This document shows, in pieces, positions 1 through 11,324 of a DNA stretch of 64,000 nucleotides. The stretch covers positions 124,001 to 188,000 of the forward strand of contig JABLTG010000015.1 in NCBI GenBank assembly GCA_016618085.1, written 5' to 3'. Position 1 is the stretch's first letter. The number at the start of each line of letters is the position of its first letter. Made by a program: the position numbers and the translations under genes. The DNA comes from Neovahlkampfia damariscottae (taxonomy: Eukaryota). The notes under the pieces are model-generated. The model worked only from the letters and a program-made list of their open reading frames with translations, had not been told where the DNA came from and searched no databases.

Positions 1-894
1 CTCTCTCATGATTTACTTCCGAAATTAAGAGTGGAAAATTTTGACCTTGAAGATGAATCAATTGTCATTTTAAGAACGTATCACAACACATTTGTTTCTA
101 CAGATGATTCTAAAAGTTATATCTTCCAAACAAAAAAAATCACAAAAAATTGTTTTTTTGAAGCTGAAATGTTGAATTCAGATGATGAAAAAAATGAAAA
201 ACAGAAACTTTGTTTCAAACAAGATAATATCATTTATTTTTCATGTATGGGCATTAACAATCAATTTCAACTGTCAACTTTAAAATGCTCAATTGAAAAT
301 TTTCAAAGAAATCATTCATCAGTTAGAGAGTTAAAAAAAGAAATTCCAAAAAGTTACCAATTTGAAATGGAATCAAAAAATCAAAAATATTATATTTCAA
401 ACTGTTTTGGTCAGTATTTATCAGCCAGATATGATTTTCAAGGAACTTTTAATTTTCAAAAAAATTCAAAAACTTGGGAGTCTTTTGATGTTATAAAATT
501 TATGAATTTGACAGATGGCAAAATTTTGATAAAATCTGGAGATGGAAAGTTTTTGATTGCTAATTCGAATGGTTCTTTTGGGTTATCAGCCAATCGATCT
601 TCACAAGGAGATGATTTGTTCATTTTGACTGAATCTATTCCTGGTAAATTCATCATTCAAACAGCAATGTACAACACAAATCTTACATTTCCAAATACTG
701 TATCGATTTTAGGAAATTATGCAACTCATCAAGAAAAAATCACCAAAAATTGTTTTATTCAATTTTTAAATGTTGGAAGGAAGTTTGTGATGTATAATTC
801 ATATGTTAACTCATTCATTTCATTTTCAAAAAGTGGCATATCTGTCCGAGAAAAAATATTATTAGAAGAAGAATGTGAAATTATCTATCTATAA
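1..894 (+). CDS. 5'-truncated protein with probable fascin-like beta-trefoil repeats
   Basis: Frame is open from base 1. Segments such as YISNCFGQYLSA and ILIKSGDGKFLIANSNG resemble fascin-type strands. Confidence 0.45.
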   Translation, partial: LSHDLLPKLRVENFDLEDESIVILRTYHNTFVSTDDSKSYIFQTKKITKNCFFEAEMLNSDDEKNEKQKLCFKQDNIIYFSCMGINNQFQLSTLKCSIENFQRNHSSVRELKKEIPKSYQFEMESKNQKYYISNCFGQYLSARYDFQGTFNFQKNSKTWESFDVIKFMNLTDGKILIKSGDGKFLIANSNGSFGLSANRSSQGDDLFILTESIPGKFIIQTAMYNTNLTFPNTVSILGNYATHQEKITKNCFIQFLNVGRKFVMYNSYVNSFISFSKSGISVREKILLEEECEIIYL

Positions 895-1100
895 ATCATA
901 TTGAATAAAAAGATTCCATTTTATCAATTCAAACATAAATTTTGAAAATTCGATATAATTGAACTTCAAAAAATAATGTTCTGCACTTTTTACAATTTCA
1001 TATGGTCCAAACACTTTCATGCATTTCATTTATTTTTCCATACAATTTCAAACGTTCAATCCCTGTTTTTTGAAAGGCAAAATGCTACATTTGAAAGAAC

Positions 1101-1107
1101 AAAAAAA
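1101..1107 (-). terminator. RNA polymerase III oligo(T) terminator of tRNA-Asp
   Basis: T7 run on the minus strand 5 nt downstream of the tRNA 3' end. Confidence 0.8.
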
Positions 1108-1112
1108 TCGGT

Positions 1113-1194
1113 CTCGAGTGCCGGGAATTGAACCCGGGTCGCAAGAGAACTGTTAAATTGACAGTCTTGAATTCTACCACTATACCACACCCGA
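1113..1194 (-). tRNA. trnD-GUC: tRNA-Asp(GUC) with an 11-nt intron (1148-1158)
   Basis: Minus strand reads TCGGGTG...CAAGA-CT-GTC-A-[ATTTAACAGTT]-C-TCTTG...CCGGG-TTCAATT-CCCGG-CACTCGA-G. Acceptor, anticodon and T stems pair; discriminator G. Confidence 0.95.
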
Positions 1195-1314
1195 TTACTT
1201 GTAAGAGGTCAACAAATTAGATAAGAAATTGTTAAAAGAATTGTCCATTCAAAATCAATTGAAAAACACAAATTCCGAACCAATCAAAAAAAAACCATCA
1301 AATCAACTTCAAAA

Positions 1315-2302
1315 ATGGGCAATACACCAAGTGGATTTAATGGTTCATCAACAGCAGATCAAGTAACTAAAGATGTCAATCTTGAAGGAAAAGTAGTTAT
1401 TGTGACAGGAGCAAACGCAGGACTTGGAAAAGAAGTAAACAAAACCTTTTTGACTTATTTTTCAGACAGCAAGAGCAATGGCAAATACAGGAGCTACTGT
1501 AATAATGGCTGCAAGAAACCAAGAAAAAGCTAAATCTGCAAAAGAAGAACTTGAAAAACAAATTAAAAATCCAAAAAATTTACACCTCATTGAATTAGAC
1601 CTTGGAGACTTCAAAAGCATCGAAAACTTCATTTCTGAATTCAAAAAATTGAACCTTCCATTACATATTTTAATCAATAACGCAGGTGTTATGGCAACTC
1701 CACAACAAAAAACAAAAGACGGTTTTGAGTATCAACTTGGAATCAATCATTATGGTCATTATAAATTAACAATGGGTCTTTTACCAATCATGGTTGAAAC
1801 ATCAAAAAAAGAAAAAGATTTTGAAGGTAGAATCGTTTGTTTATCATCAGCAGCTCATACAATGGGTAAATTTGATTTTGACAATCTTCACTGGGAAAAA
1901 GAAGGTACTTATGGTCCATGGGTTGCATATGGCAGATCAAAACTTGCAAATGTATTATTTGCAAGAGCATTAAACCGTAGATTGGTTAAAGATAAAATTA
2001 ACATTACTGCCAATGCATTACATCCTGGTGGAATTATGACTGATCTTCAACGTGATCTTCCTGCTATTCAATATTATGGTATGGCAGCTCTTGGAACTTT
2101 TTTGTTCAAATCAATTCCTCAAGGTGCTGCAACAACTTGTTATGTTGCGACTTCTGATCAAATTAAAGGAAAAGGTGGTTTGTATTTTGATGATTGCAAT
2201 ATCAGTGAAACTATTGCTGCTGGAAATGATGAAGAGCTTCAAGAAAAATTGTGGTCAGTCACAGAAAAAGAAACAAAAGTTGAATACCCAAAATTTGAAT
2301 AA
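1315..2302 (+). CDS. Short-chain dehydrogenase/reductase (RDH12/WWOX-like), intron 1435-1465
   Basis: TGANAGLG, NNAG and YGRSK motifs. The GT-AG intron joins KE to TARAMA. Confidence 0.92.
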
Positions 2303-2436
2303 ATATTATTGGTGAGGTAAATTTGAAGCAAAAATGAGATGATTTTTGATCAAAACATGTTTTTCTGCTGTGGTTTGCAAAATTTAATCTTCTAAAAGAA
2401 TATCCAATCAGATTCGTTTCCAACTCAAACATTGAA

Positions 2437-3003
2437 ATGAGAATTTGCACATGCTGTTCCAAAGATACTGAGAGTGAAGTATATTATTCAGTAAATTCAA
2501 GAAACATCAAAGCTTATTCAGCTGTTCTTCCAAATATCAAAGAAGGAATTTTATGTTGCACATGTTACAACAAATGGAGAACCAAAGTTGCAAAAGATCC
2601 TAGAATGTGTTTAAAAACACTTTTCTGTGGTATTTGTCAAAAAGAAGAACCAGAAGTTCAATTTTCAGAAAAGTTCAAAAGAATAAATGGAAGAAATTGT
2701 TCTTCTTACAGTTCAAGAGCTTCAAAACCTGTTTTAATAGGACCTATCTGTAGAAAATGTAACAAAGAATATCCAGCTGAAATTGTTCTCAAAAGTGAAA
2801 AAATGACTCCGAAAAAAACAACTATCAGTAAAAAAGAAAAAATGAAAGAAAAAAAAACTGAATTGAAAAAGACTGTCACATTTGTTGACAAAGATGAGAA
2901 TACAATTGATGGAGATATCACAGTTGATTTAAGAAAGTACTTTCCAAATGATAGTTTTTTGAAAATGCCAACATTATTTCGCTGTAAAAAACAAAAAAAA
3001 TAA
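2437..3003 (+). CDS. Lineage-specific protein with two CxxC...CxxC putative zinc-binding modules (paralog A)
   Basis: Four CxxC pairs; aligns with the 3277-3777 ORF. Confidence 0.7.
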   Translation: MRICTCCSKDTESEVYYSVNSRNIKAYSAVLPNIKEGILCCTCYNKWRTKVAKDPRMCLKTLFCGICQKEEPEVQFSEKFKRINGRNCSSYSSRASKPVLIGPICRKCNKEYPAEIVLKSEKMTPKKTTISKKEKMKEKKTELKKTVTFVDKDENTIDGDITVDLRKYFPNDSFLKMPTLFRCKKQKK

Positions 3004-3276
3004 AAAAATCATGAAAGTAATAAGATTCATCAAGAATTTAACAATAAAACAAAATCCTTGACCAAACTCAATTTTCAGAAAATTGAAGGAAAACAATTGA
3101 TCAATTAAAAACAACGAGAATCTTGATCAGTTTATGATAGGATGATTTATTCAAGAAAAAAAAAGAAAAATCAACTTTCAGCTTCTTTGAGTAACCTGTT
3201 GGATGAATCACTATTTTAAGTCATTTTCAACCTCAATAAAAAGAACCAAAACCAAATACTTCAAATCCAAAAAAAA

Positions 3277-3777
3277 ATGACAAAAGAAAACTGCGTAATC
3301 TGTTCGCATATACCACCACCACAAGAAAGAAAATATCTTGTTAGATCAAAAAATATCAAACTTTATTCAGCTTTTTATCCTAATATCAAAAAAGGAAGAT
3401 TATGCACCAAATGTTATAAAACATGGCTTTTTAAATCAAAAGAACATCCAAAAATGTATTTAAAAACACTTTTCTGTGGTATTTGTCAAAAAGAAGAACC
3501 AGAAGTCAAATTCTCAAAAACATTTGAAAATATCAATGGAAGGAATTATGGAGCCTATCAAAAGGCGACAAACAAAAAAAATTTGATCATTGGACCGATT
3601 TGTATTTCGTGTAGTAGAGCATTTCCATTAGAGAAATCTGAATTATTTGTAAAGAAAGAAACTAAAAAACAAATTCATTCCAAAATCAATAATTTTTTCA
3701 ATGAATCAGGAAGAGATGGTCGTTTTGTTGTTAAACCAAAACCAAGAAAAATGAAAATAATTCTTTTAGATAAATAA
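3277..3777 (+). CDS. Tandem paralog B of the CxxC zinc-module protein
   Basis: Shares LKTLFCGICQKEEPEV and IGPIC with paralog A. Confidence 0.7.
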   Translation: MTKENCVICSHIPPPQERKYLVRSKNIKLYSAFYPNIKKGRLCTKCYKTWLFKSKEHPKMYLKTLFCGICQKEEPEVKFSKTFENINGRNYGAYQKATNKKNLIIGPICISCSRAFPLEKSELFVKKETKKQIHSKINNFFNESGRDGRFVVKPKPRKMKIILLDK

Positions 3778-3808
3778 ATTTTTTCGTTTTTTTTTTCATC
3801 CAATAAAA

Positions 3809-4777
3809 ATGGGTTTTATTGCTTCGGACAGTGAAGAAGAAGAAGAAATACTAAAAACTCCAAAAAAAGAAGAAATACTTCAAAAAAGTATTACCATCCT
3901 GTATGAAGAATCAATCACACATATTTTTTCATTTTTAACTTTCAAAGATTACATTCACTTCAATCAAACTTGTAAAAAATACTCAACTTTCAATGAAGAA
4001 GAACATTGGAAAAAATTAATATTTAGACAATTTCCATCTTATGTCATTAAAAGTCGTGACAAAAATTTCAAAAAAATTTTTCAAACTTTGAATCAGGAAA
4101 AACTTGAAAAACAGAAAAAAATGAAAAGAAAAAAAGAAAAAACAGTTGAAATTCCTGAAGATACTGAAACAGAAAATGAAGAATTTTGGGAAGTTGATCA
4201 AATTCTTGATTACAATCCTGAAACGAATCATTACTTGGTAAAATGGATTGGTTATAATCATTCAGCCAATACCTGGGAACCATATCAAAATTTAAGTTGT
4301 AAAGAATTATTGAGAGAGTATAAAAAAACAAAAAAAATGCGAAAAAAAAACATTATGAAATTCAATCCAAATACTCAATATGAGAAGGAAATTGAAAAAT
4401 TAGGTGATTCTTTAATTGGTTCATTTAAAGACCGACAAATTATTGATATTTTGGATGATTCTGATAAAATCAATAGTGATGATTTGAATTTTAGTTTAAT
4501 ACATTCCTTGATTGTTCAACATTCTCATAACATTATTGATGTTCATCAAAAAAAATTAAAACAAAATTCTTTGAATTTTCGTAAACTTGAAGTTGATTCC
4601 TCAGTTAGAAATTTTTTAACTTTATCATTATCAACAAAAATTGAAACTGAATTTCTTGAAGATTTAATAGATTCAGATAAAAAAAATGAAAGTCTGAATC
4701 ATTCTCTTATCAAAGGAATGGAAACAATCAACATTGATAATGAATCACCAATGAAAAAAAAACAAAAAATTGAATGA
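3809..4777 (+). CDS. F-box plus chromodomain protein
   Basis: F-box LYEESITHIFSFL...FNQTCKKY; chromodomain WEVDQIL...YLVKWIGY...NTWEP..NL. Confidence 0.8.
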   Translation: MGFIASDSEEEEEILKTPKKEEILQKSITILYEESITHIFSFLTFKDYIHFNQTCKKYSTFNEEEHWKKLIFRQFPSYVIKSRDKNFKKIFQTLNQEKLEKQKKMKRKKEKTVEIPEDTETENEEFWEVDQILDYNPETNHYLVKWIGYNHSANTWEPYQNLSCKELLREYKKTKKMRKKNIMKFNPNTQYEKEIEKLGDSLIGSFKDRQIIDILDDSDKINSDDLNFSLIHSLIVQHSHNIIDVHQKKLKQNSLNFRKLEVDSSVRNFLTLSLSTKIETEFLEDLIDSDKKNESLNHSLIKGMETINIDNESPMKKKQKIE

Positions 4778-4809
4778 AGAGAATTTACAAAAATGTTACA
4801 AAAATTTTA

Positions 4810-7455
4810 TTAAAAAATGTGTTTTGATTTCATGGATACTTTTTTTCTTTGTAGTTCATCCAAATTTTCTTCAATTTTGAATATTAACTTTTGACCATCT
4901 GATGAAATATGAACAGTTGAATGATCAAATAAATCACCTCTAACAACATATTTTGATAATTCGGTGATTATAAATTTTTCAAGATATCTTTTTAATGGAC
5001 GAGCACCATAAATTGGAGAATATGCTTCACCCATAATAAAATCAGCAGCTTTATCATCCAATTGAATTTGAATATCTCTTTCTTCTAAACGTTTTGTTAA
5101 TGTTCCCATTTGAACTTGAACAACTTGTTTTAAATTATCTTTTGTTAATGGATGGAACATAATAACATCATCTAATCTATTCAAGAATTCAGGTTTGAAA
5201 AATTCTTGAAGATCTTTTGTCACTAAATCTTCAATTTCTTTTTCCATTTTATCTAATTTTCCATCATGTTTTAATAAATGTTGTGATCCGATATTTGAAG
5301 TCATAACAATGACAACATTTGAGAAATCAATTGTATTTCCTTTTCCATCAGTTAATCTACCTTCATCTAAAACTTGTAATAAAACATTCATAACCCTTGG
5401 ATGAGCTTTTTCAATTTCATCTAATAAAACAACATTATATGGTCTTCTTTTAATTGCTTCTGTTAATTGACCACCTTCATCATATCCTACATATCCAGGA
5501 GGAGCTCCAATTAATCTACTAACTGAATGTTGTTCCATATATTCAGACATATCAATTCTAATAATATGTTTATCATCATCAAATAATTCAAAACTTAATG
5601 CTTTTGCAAGTTCTGTTTTACCACAACCTGTTGGTCCTAAAAAGAGGAATGAACCAGTTGGATGATTTTTTCTTGATAGTCCTGCTCTTGATCTTAAAAT
5701 TGCTTCAGCTACAGCTTCAACAGCTTCATTTTGACCAACAACTCTTTTGTGTAAATTATCTCCTAATGATAATAATCTTTCTTTTTGTGTTTGTGATAAT
5801 TTGCTCAATGGAATTCCTGTCCATTTTGAAATGACTTCTTGAATATGTTCTGGACCTACTACATCTGAAAGTAATTTATCTTTTTGTTCTAATTTTTCTT
5901 CTTCTACTTTTTGTTGTAGTTTTTCAATTGTTTGTTCAATATCTGGAATTGCATAATAAATCAAATCTGAAGCTAATTGAATATCTCCTTTTCTTTTTGC
6001 ATCTTCAGCTTTTAATTTTTTATCTTCAAGTTTTGATTTTAATGCGCGAAGTTTATTGACTCCTTCCATTTCATTTTCATATTTCATTTTTAAAGGTTTT
6101 AATTCTTCATCAATTCCAGCAATTTCTTTTTCAATTCCTTCTAATCTCTTTTTTGAAGCATCATCTTTTTCTTTTTTTAATGCAGTTCTTTCCAGTTCGC
6201 ATTGGAATTTCTTTCTTTCTAATTGGTCAATAATTTCTGGTTGTGAATCTAATTGAACTCTTGTATTTGCGCATGCTTCATCAATTAAATCAATTGCTTT
6301 GTCTGGTAAGAATCTATTTGTGATATATCTTGATGATAATTGAGCTGCTTGAACTAAGGCTTGATCTTGAATAGTGACACCATGATGTGCTTCATATTTA
6401 TCTTTAATACCTCTTAAAATTGAAATTGTATCATAAACTGATGGTTCATTGACATAGACAGGTTGAAATCTTCTTTCAAACGCTTGATCCTTTTCAACAT
6501 ATTTTTGATATTCAGCTAATGTTGTAGCTCCAATCAATCTCAATTCACCTCTAGCGAGCATTGGTTTGAGTAAATTAGCTGCATCCATAGCACCATCAGT
6601 TTTACCAGCTCCTAAAACTAAATGAATTTCATCAACGAAAAGAATGATTTTTCCTTCTGCATCTTTGACTTCTTTCAAAACTGCTTTTAATCTTTCTTCA
6701 AATTCTCCTCTATATTTTGCACCTGCAATTAAACTTCCCATATCTAAATTGTAAAGTTCTGCATTTAAACTGTTTGGAACATCACCTTTAAGGATTCTTT
6801 GAGCAAGACCTTCAATGATTGCAGTTTTTCCAACTCCAGGTTCTCCTATCAATACAGGATTATTCTTTGTTCTTCTTGATAAAACTCTAACAATTCTTCT
6901 AATTTCTTCATCTCTTCCAATCACAGGGTCTAATTTTCCTTTGGAAGCTAAATCAAGCATGTTATATCCATATTTATTTAAAGCATCATAAGTTCCTTCT
7001 GAATGTTCTGAATCAACTTTTTTATCTCCTTTTAATTTTTTTAAAGTTTCTTTAACTGAATTTTTTTCCAATCCAACGGCTTTAAAAACAGTCATAATTT
7101 CATAGTCTTCAAGTAAGGCTAAAATTAAATGATCTGTTGATACAAATCTATCATTTTGATTTTTCATTTCTTTTTGAGCAACTGAAATTGTTGTTGATAA
7201 TGTTGGTGCGAATTGTGGTTGTTCTGGGGCAGGTTCAACTTTTGATATTTTTGTATATCTTTTTTCAAGTTGTTGGATTACAGTTTCTGGTTTTATATTC
7301 AATTTTTGACAAAGTTGATGACCAACTCCTTCTTGATCTTGAAACAGAGCAATAGCTAAATGAATACCACTTGTATAAGAATGGCTTTGTTCTTTTGCTA
7401 AAGTTACAGCATCACTTAATGATTGTTGTGCTTTGTTTGTGAATTTATTTTCCAT
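4810..7455 (-). CDS. HSP104: Hsp104/Hsp101 (ClpB) disaggregase, intronless
   Basis: Clp N-domain, Walker A motifs GEPGVGKT and GPTGCGKT, coiled-coil middle domain, RIDMSEY, GARPL. Confidence 0.97.
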   Translation of the reverse strand: MENKFTNKAQQSLSDAVTLAKEQSHSYTSGIHLAIALFQDQEGVGHQLCQKLNIKPETVIQQLEKRYTKISKVEPAPEQPQFAPTLSTTISVAQKEMKNQNDRFVSTDHLILALLEDYEIMTVFKAVGLEKNSVKETLKKLKGDKKVDSEHSEGTYDALNKYGYNMLDLASKGKLDPVIGRDEEIRRIVRVLSRRTKNNPVLIGEPGVGKTAIIEGLAQRILKGDVPNSLNAELYNLDMGSLIAGAKYRGEFEERLKAVLKEVKDAEGKIILFVDEIHLVLGAGKTDGAMDAANLLKPMLARGELRLIGATTLAEYQKYVEKDQAFERRFQPVYVNEPSVYDTISILRGIKDKYEAHHGVTIQDQALVQAAQLSSRYITNRFLPDKAIDLIDEACANTRVQLDSQPEIIDQLERKKFQCELERTALKKEKDDASKKRLEGIEKEIAGIDEELKPLKMKYENEMEGVNKLRALKSKLEDKKLKAEDAKRKGDIQLASDLIYYAIPDIEQTIEKLQQKVEEEKLEQKDKLLSDVVGPEHIQEVISKWTGIPLSKLSQTQKERLLSLGDNLHKRVVGQNEAVEAVAEAILRSRAGLSRKNHPTGSFLFLGPTGCGKTELAKALSFELFDDDKHIIRIDMSEYMEQHSVSRLIGAPPGYVGYDEGGQLTEAIKRRPYNVVLLDEIEKAHPRVMNVLLQVLDEGRLTDGKGNTIDFSNVVIVMTSNIGSQHLLKHDGKLDKMEKEIEDLVTKDLQEFFKPEFLNRLDDVIMFHPLTKDNLKQVVQVQMGTLTKRLEERDIQIQLDDKAADFIMGEAYSPIYGARPLKRYLEKFIITELSKYVVRGDLFDHSTVHISSDGQKLIFKIEENLDELQRKKVSMKSKHIF

Positions 7456-7598
7456 TTTGTTTTGTCTAAATTGAGAGAAATTTTTTTGGTTTTATTTGGT
7501 TTCCAAAATTCCGACAACCAATCGGAAGTGATTTTACATTCCAAAATTCCGCAAAAACTCTTTTTTTGGTAAAATCTTGTTTCCGAGCGGAAACAGTT

Positions 7599-8051
7599 TT
7601 ATAATTTTGATTTCGTTTTTTTTTCAAAGATTTCTTTTGCAGTTTTACCTGTTTTGTCTTTGACTTCAGGATTTGAACCTAATTTTGTCAATAAATCCAT
7701 AATTTTTGTATCACCAAGAGCAGAAGCGTATTGTAACGGTGTCCATTGTATTTCATCTCCAAAGAACTTTTCAGTATTTTCCAAATATTTAACTTTCTTG
7801 GAGTTTTTGAACTCATACATTCCAATTTTTGAATTTTGAGAATTATAAATAAAAATACATCCCATAGGATAAGGATACATTTCATTTAATGAAAACTGTT
7901 CATCAACTATAAATTTTTCAAGTTCATCTATTTTTTCTTCACGAATTAGTGAAGAAACTGTGACAATTGAAATAGCAGTATCATTTAAATCATACCTACT
8001 CATCAACATATTTATTTCAAAATTCGTTTCATCTTCCAATTGTTGGTTCAT
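7599..8051 (-). CDS. Small ankyrin-repeat protein
   Basis: WTPLQYASALGDTKIMDLL...G...KDKTGKTA ankyrin signature. Confidence 0.75.
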   Translation of the reverse strand: MNQQLEDETNFEINMLMSRYDLNDTAISIVTVSSLIREEKIDELEKFIVDEQFSLNEMYPYPMGCIFIYNSQNSKIGMYEFKNSKKVKYLENTEKFFGDEIQWTPLQYASALGDTKIMDLLTKLGSNPEVKDKTGKTAKEIFEKKTKSKL

Positions 8052-8121
8052 TTTTAAATAAAAAAAAAAAGAAAAATCCGCCAATCAACTACATTAACCA
8101 TTGAAAACCGTTTATTTTTAC

Positions 8122-9298
8122 ATGAAGAGAATTGGAAACACAAAACATTTATGTCAAGGAGAATTACACTTAGGTCCAACTAAAGATTTAAGAAATTACC
8201 CAGTTATTTATTTCTTACTCTTGATTCCAATAATAGGTTTTAGTGTGTTAATGTAACAAAAAAAAAAAACTAAAAAAAAAGTATACCTGGATTAATCGTC
8301 ACAGTACCTTTATATATTACCATACCTATTATAATAATTCATTATTTTATCACTATTTCAATTTATTATTGTCTTGGAAAAACAACATTTTCAGACCCTG
8401 GAATTATTCCTCCAAATAAACGTCCACTTGAAGGTTTGATATTTACACTTTAAAAAAATAGGTGAAATTAGAAACTTTGATATCAAATATCCAGATCACA
8501 GCGATGAGGAAGAAGAGTTTCAACTGAAAGAGGATGTCGATCCAAATGATTTTCTTCAACAAGTAGATATAAATGGTCATAAAATAACATTCAAATACTG
8601 TTATACTTGTAGAGTTTATAGACCTCCAAGAGCATCTCATTGTTCTTGGTGCAATATGTGTGTTGAAGAATTTGACCGTAAATTTGGAATTAGTTTTAAT
8701 CATACTCTTAGATCGTATTTTTATTCATTTTTTAATTTTTCAGATTGCCCTTGGACAGGTAACTGTATTGCTAAAAGAAATTACAAGTAATATTTTTTTT
8801 TTATAACGGTTTTTTTTTTTGAAAAGATATTTCGTTGGTTTTGCTACAATTGCAGGGTTTGAAGCAATTTTAATGATGATGACTTGTTTAGCTTTTGCTA
8901 TTTGGTTGCTTATTCGTTGTTTTATTATGTAACCGAAATTAAAAAAAATTAATTTTTTTTTTCAAGGAATCAATGTACTGAAATACATGTTGCAACCCTT
9001 TCCACTTTAGGTGCTCTAGGATGGTATTATCACTTTTTATGATTAATTTTTTTAAATGAAGTGGTCTGGTAGCTTTTTATTCATTTTTTGTATTGACAGC
9101 AACTCTTCCTTTAACTGGGTATCACTGGATGTTAATTTTTCAAAATAAAACAACTTATGAAGATATAAAACAAACAAAAACGAATGCTACCTGTCGATTT
9201 TTTCATGTATTTTGTAGAAGAGTTCGACCAAGGTAAGAATTAAGAAACGAAAATTTTTTATTGTTTAAAGTTTTTTAAAGTATGAATATTATGATTAA
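8122..9298 (+). CDS. DHHC-type protein S-palmitoyltransferase, multi-intron, with 3-nt micro-exon 8712-8714
   Basis: Spliced product has SDPG, CYTC..YRPPRASHCSWCNMCVEEFDHHCPWTGNCI and NKTTYE. Absent from the ORF track because of many tiny introns. Confidence 0.92.
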
Positions 9299-9363
9299 AT
9301 CAATGAGTTATTTTTAAAATCTATTGAAAAATGGAATTCGTTTTAATTGGACAAACTTGAATA

Positions 9364-10210
9364 ATGAACATCATCAACCAGATCAAAAGCTTAGAAAAAG
9401 CAAAAGAACAAGAAGAGAAAATCTATCAAAAAGAAGTTGAAAATCATATCAAAATACAAGATGAACTCGATAAAAGTACTTTATTAAATTAAAATTCAAT
9501 TAGAAACCCAAATTTTGGCTGAAATTCAAAGAAGAACATCATCTTTATCTCAGGAAGTTATAAAACGTGAAGAAGTTCATAAAGATCGTTCAAAGACAAT
9601 TGAAAAATTCAAATCAAATTTAAAACAAACGAAAAATGTAACTTTTCAAAAATTGTCGCTAATTTTTTTTTAGAACATGAGAACGAAGGAAGAAAGTTAT
9701 CAAAATAGAAGAGTTCTTTATAAAAATGCTCAAATAGAAAGTTACAATGTTCTCAAAAAATGCAATTCAGAACTTTCTTCTGTTCAAACAAAAGGTAAAT
9801 TTACTCAACAAGAATTACTGGTAGAAGATCAAAAAATAGATGAAAACCAGTTAGAAAAAGAATTAGAAATCGTAAAAGAAGAAGTTCAAAATTTAGAAAA
9901 ACAACTCAAAGAAAAAAAAGAAAATCAAGAAATCCAAGAAATTCAAAGACCAACAGAAACCAAAGAAACGAAAGAAGAAGAAGAATTAAAAAAAAAAATT
10001 CAAATTTATGATGCAAATTCACAACAAGAAATTGAAAAGGAAACAAAGCTTTGTGAAGAACTGTCAAAAAGAATAAGTGAATATGAAACTGAAATGATGG
10101 AACTTGGAGATGAAATTGAATCTATTCAACAAAAAGCTTTGGAGTTAAATGAAGAATTAAGAAGTATTTGTTGTATCAAATGTAATCAACCTTTGAATAT
10201 TGAAATTTAA
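9364..10210 (+). CDS. Coiled-coil protein with C-terminal CxxC, 2 introns
   Basis: E/K/Q-rich heptad sequence; introns near 9476-9503 and 9638-9673 restore the frame. Confidence 0.65.
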
Positions 10211-10339
10211 TTTTTTTATCTCTGTATAATAAAACAATTTACTGATTTCTTTTGTAAAAATTATTTATTTTTGATTTTATTGGATGAGATGATTTAATTT
10301 TCCACCAATCAACGAATAACTCTTTTGAACAAAAAAGAA

Positions 10340-11173
10340 ATGAGAACAGTTTTAATTTGTTTAATCGTTGCTTTATTTTTTGCTTCAATCTCAGCAAAAT
10401 CAACAACAAAATGTGTCAGTAGTTGCATGAAAGGTGTCAAAAAAATTCCATACACAAAATGTGTACGTTCATTTAAACAAGGAAAAGTTGTAAGAAGATG
10501 TGGACTCAAAGGAGTAAAAAGACTTTGTTCAAAAAAATGTAAACATGGAAGAAAACAATGTTGGAATGTTTGTAAAACTCAAAACTGTTATGGAAAAAAA
10601 GTCAGAGTTTGTAAAAGAAAATGTAAAGTCGGTAGAAGTTGCTACAAAACATGTGTCTTCAAAAAAGTAAGATCATGTTGGTATGACAGAACATCTGGAA
10701 AATGGGTAAATTCTTGTAAAAGAATTTGGAGAAATGTTCCATTCAGAAGATGTCTCAAAAATTGTACTGTAACAACATCATCATGTTCAAGAAAATGCTC
10801 AAAAGTACTTGGTAAATCAAAAAGATATCGTGTTTGTAAAAAATATCTTGTATCAAAATCAGCAACAAAAAAAGTTTGTTCACTTGGAAAATACTATAAA
10901 AAATGTAAGAAATTTTGTAGACATCAAAAATATTGTAAAAAACAATGTAGAACTTCAATTTGTGAAGGAAAAAGAGTTTTAAAATGCAAATATGTTTGTT
11001 ATAGAGGAAAGAGTTGCAGAAATCATTGTACAAAGCACAAACAAGTTAGATGTTATATCAGCAGAATTCCACCGAGATATGCTTCAAGATGTTTTACTGC
11101 TTTTAAAAGAAGACGTGTCAACAGATGCGTTACAAAATGTTTCAAAAAAGTACGTTCATTCCAAAGAAAATAA
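10340..11173 (+). CDS. Secreted Cys/Lys/Arg-rich protein with two 17-Cys repeats
   Basis: Signal peptide MRTVLICLIVALFFASISA; 34 Cys and only two acidic residues in the mature part. Confidence 0.8.
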   Translation: MRTVLICLIVALFFASISAKSTTKCVSSCMKGVKKIPYTKCVRSFKQGKVVRRCGLKGVKRLCSKKCKHGRKQCWNVCKTQNCYGKKVRVCKRKCKVGRSCYKTCVFKKVRSCWYDRTSGKWVNSCKRIWRNVPFRRCLKNCTVTTSSCSRKCSKVLGKSKRYRVCKKYLVSKSATKKVCSLGKYYKKCKKFCRHQKYCKKQCRTSICEGKRVLKCKYVCYRGKSCRNHCTKHKQVRCYISRIPPRYASRCFTAFKRRRVNRCVTKCFKKVRSFQRK

Positions 11174-11324
11174 ACAATTCGTTTTTTTTCAACCTTTTGT
11201 TGTTTCATAGCCTGTAATTCAGGGAAAAAAAGAATTTAATTTTATTTTGACTTTGATCAAAAAAAACCTATTTTTTGTTCTAGAAGCTGTTGCATTTGTT
11301 GTCCGGAGTTTTTTTTCTATTTTC

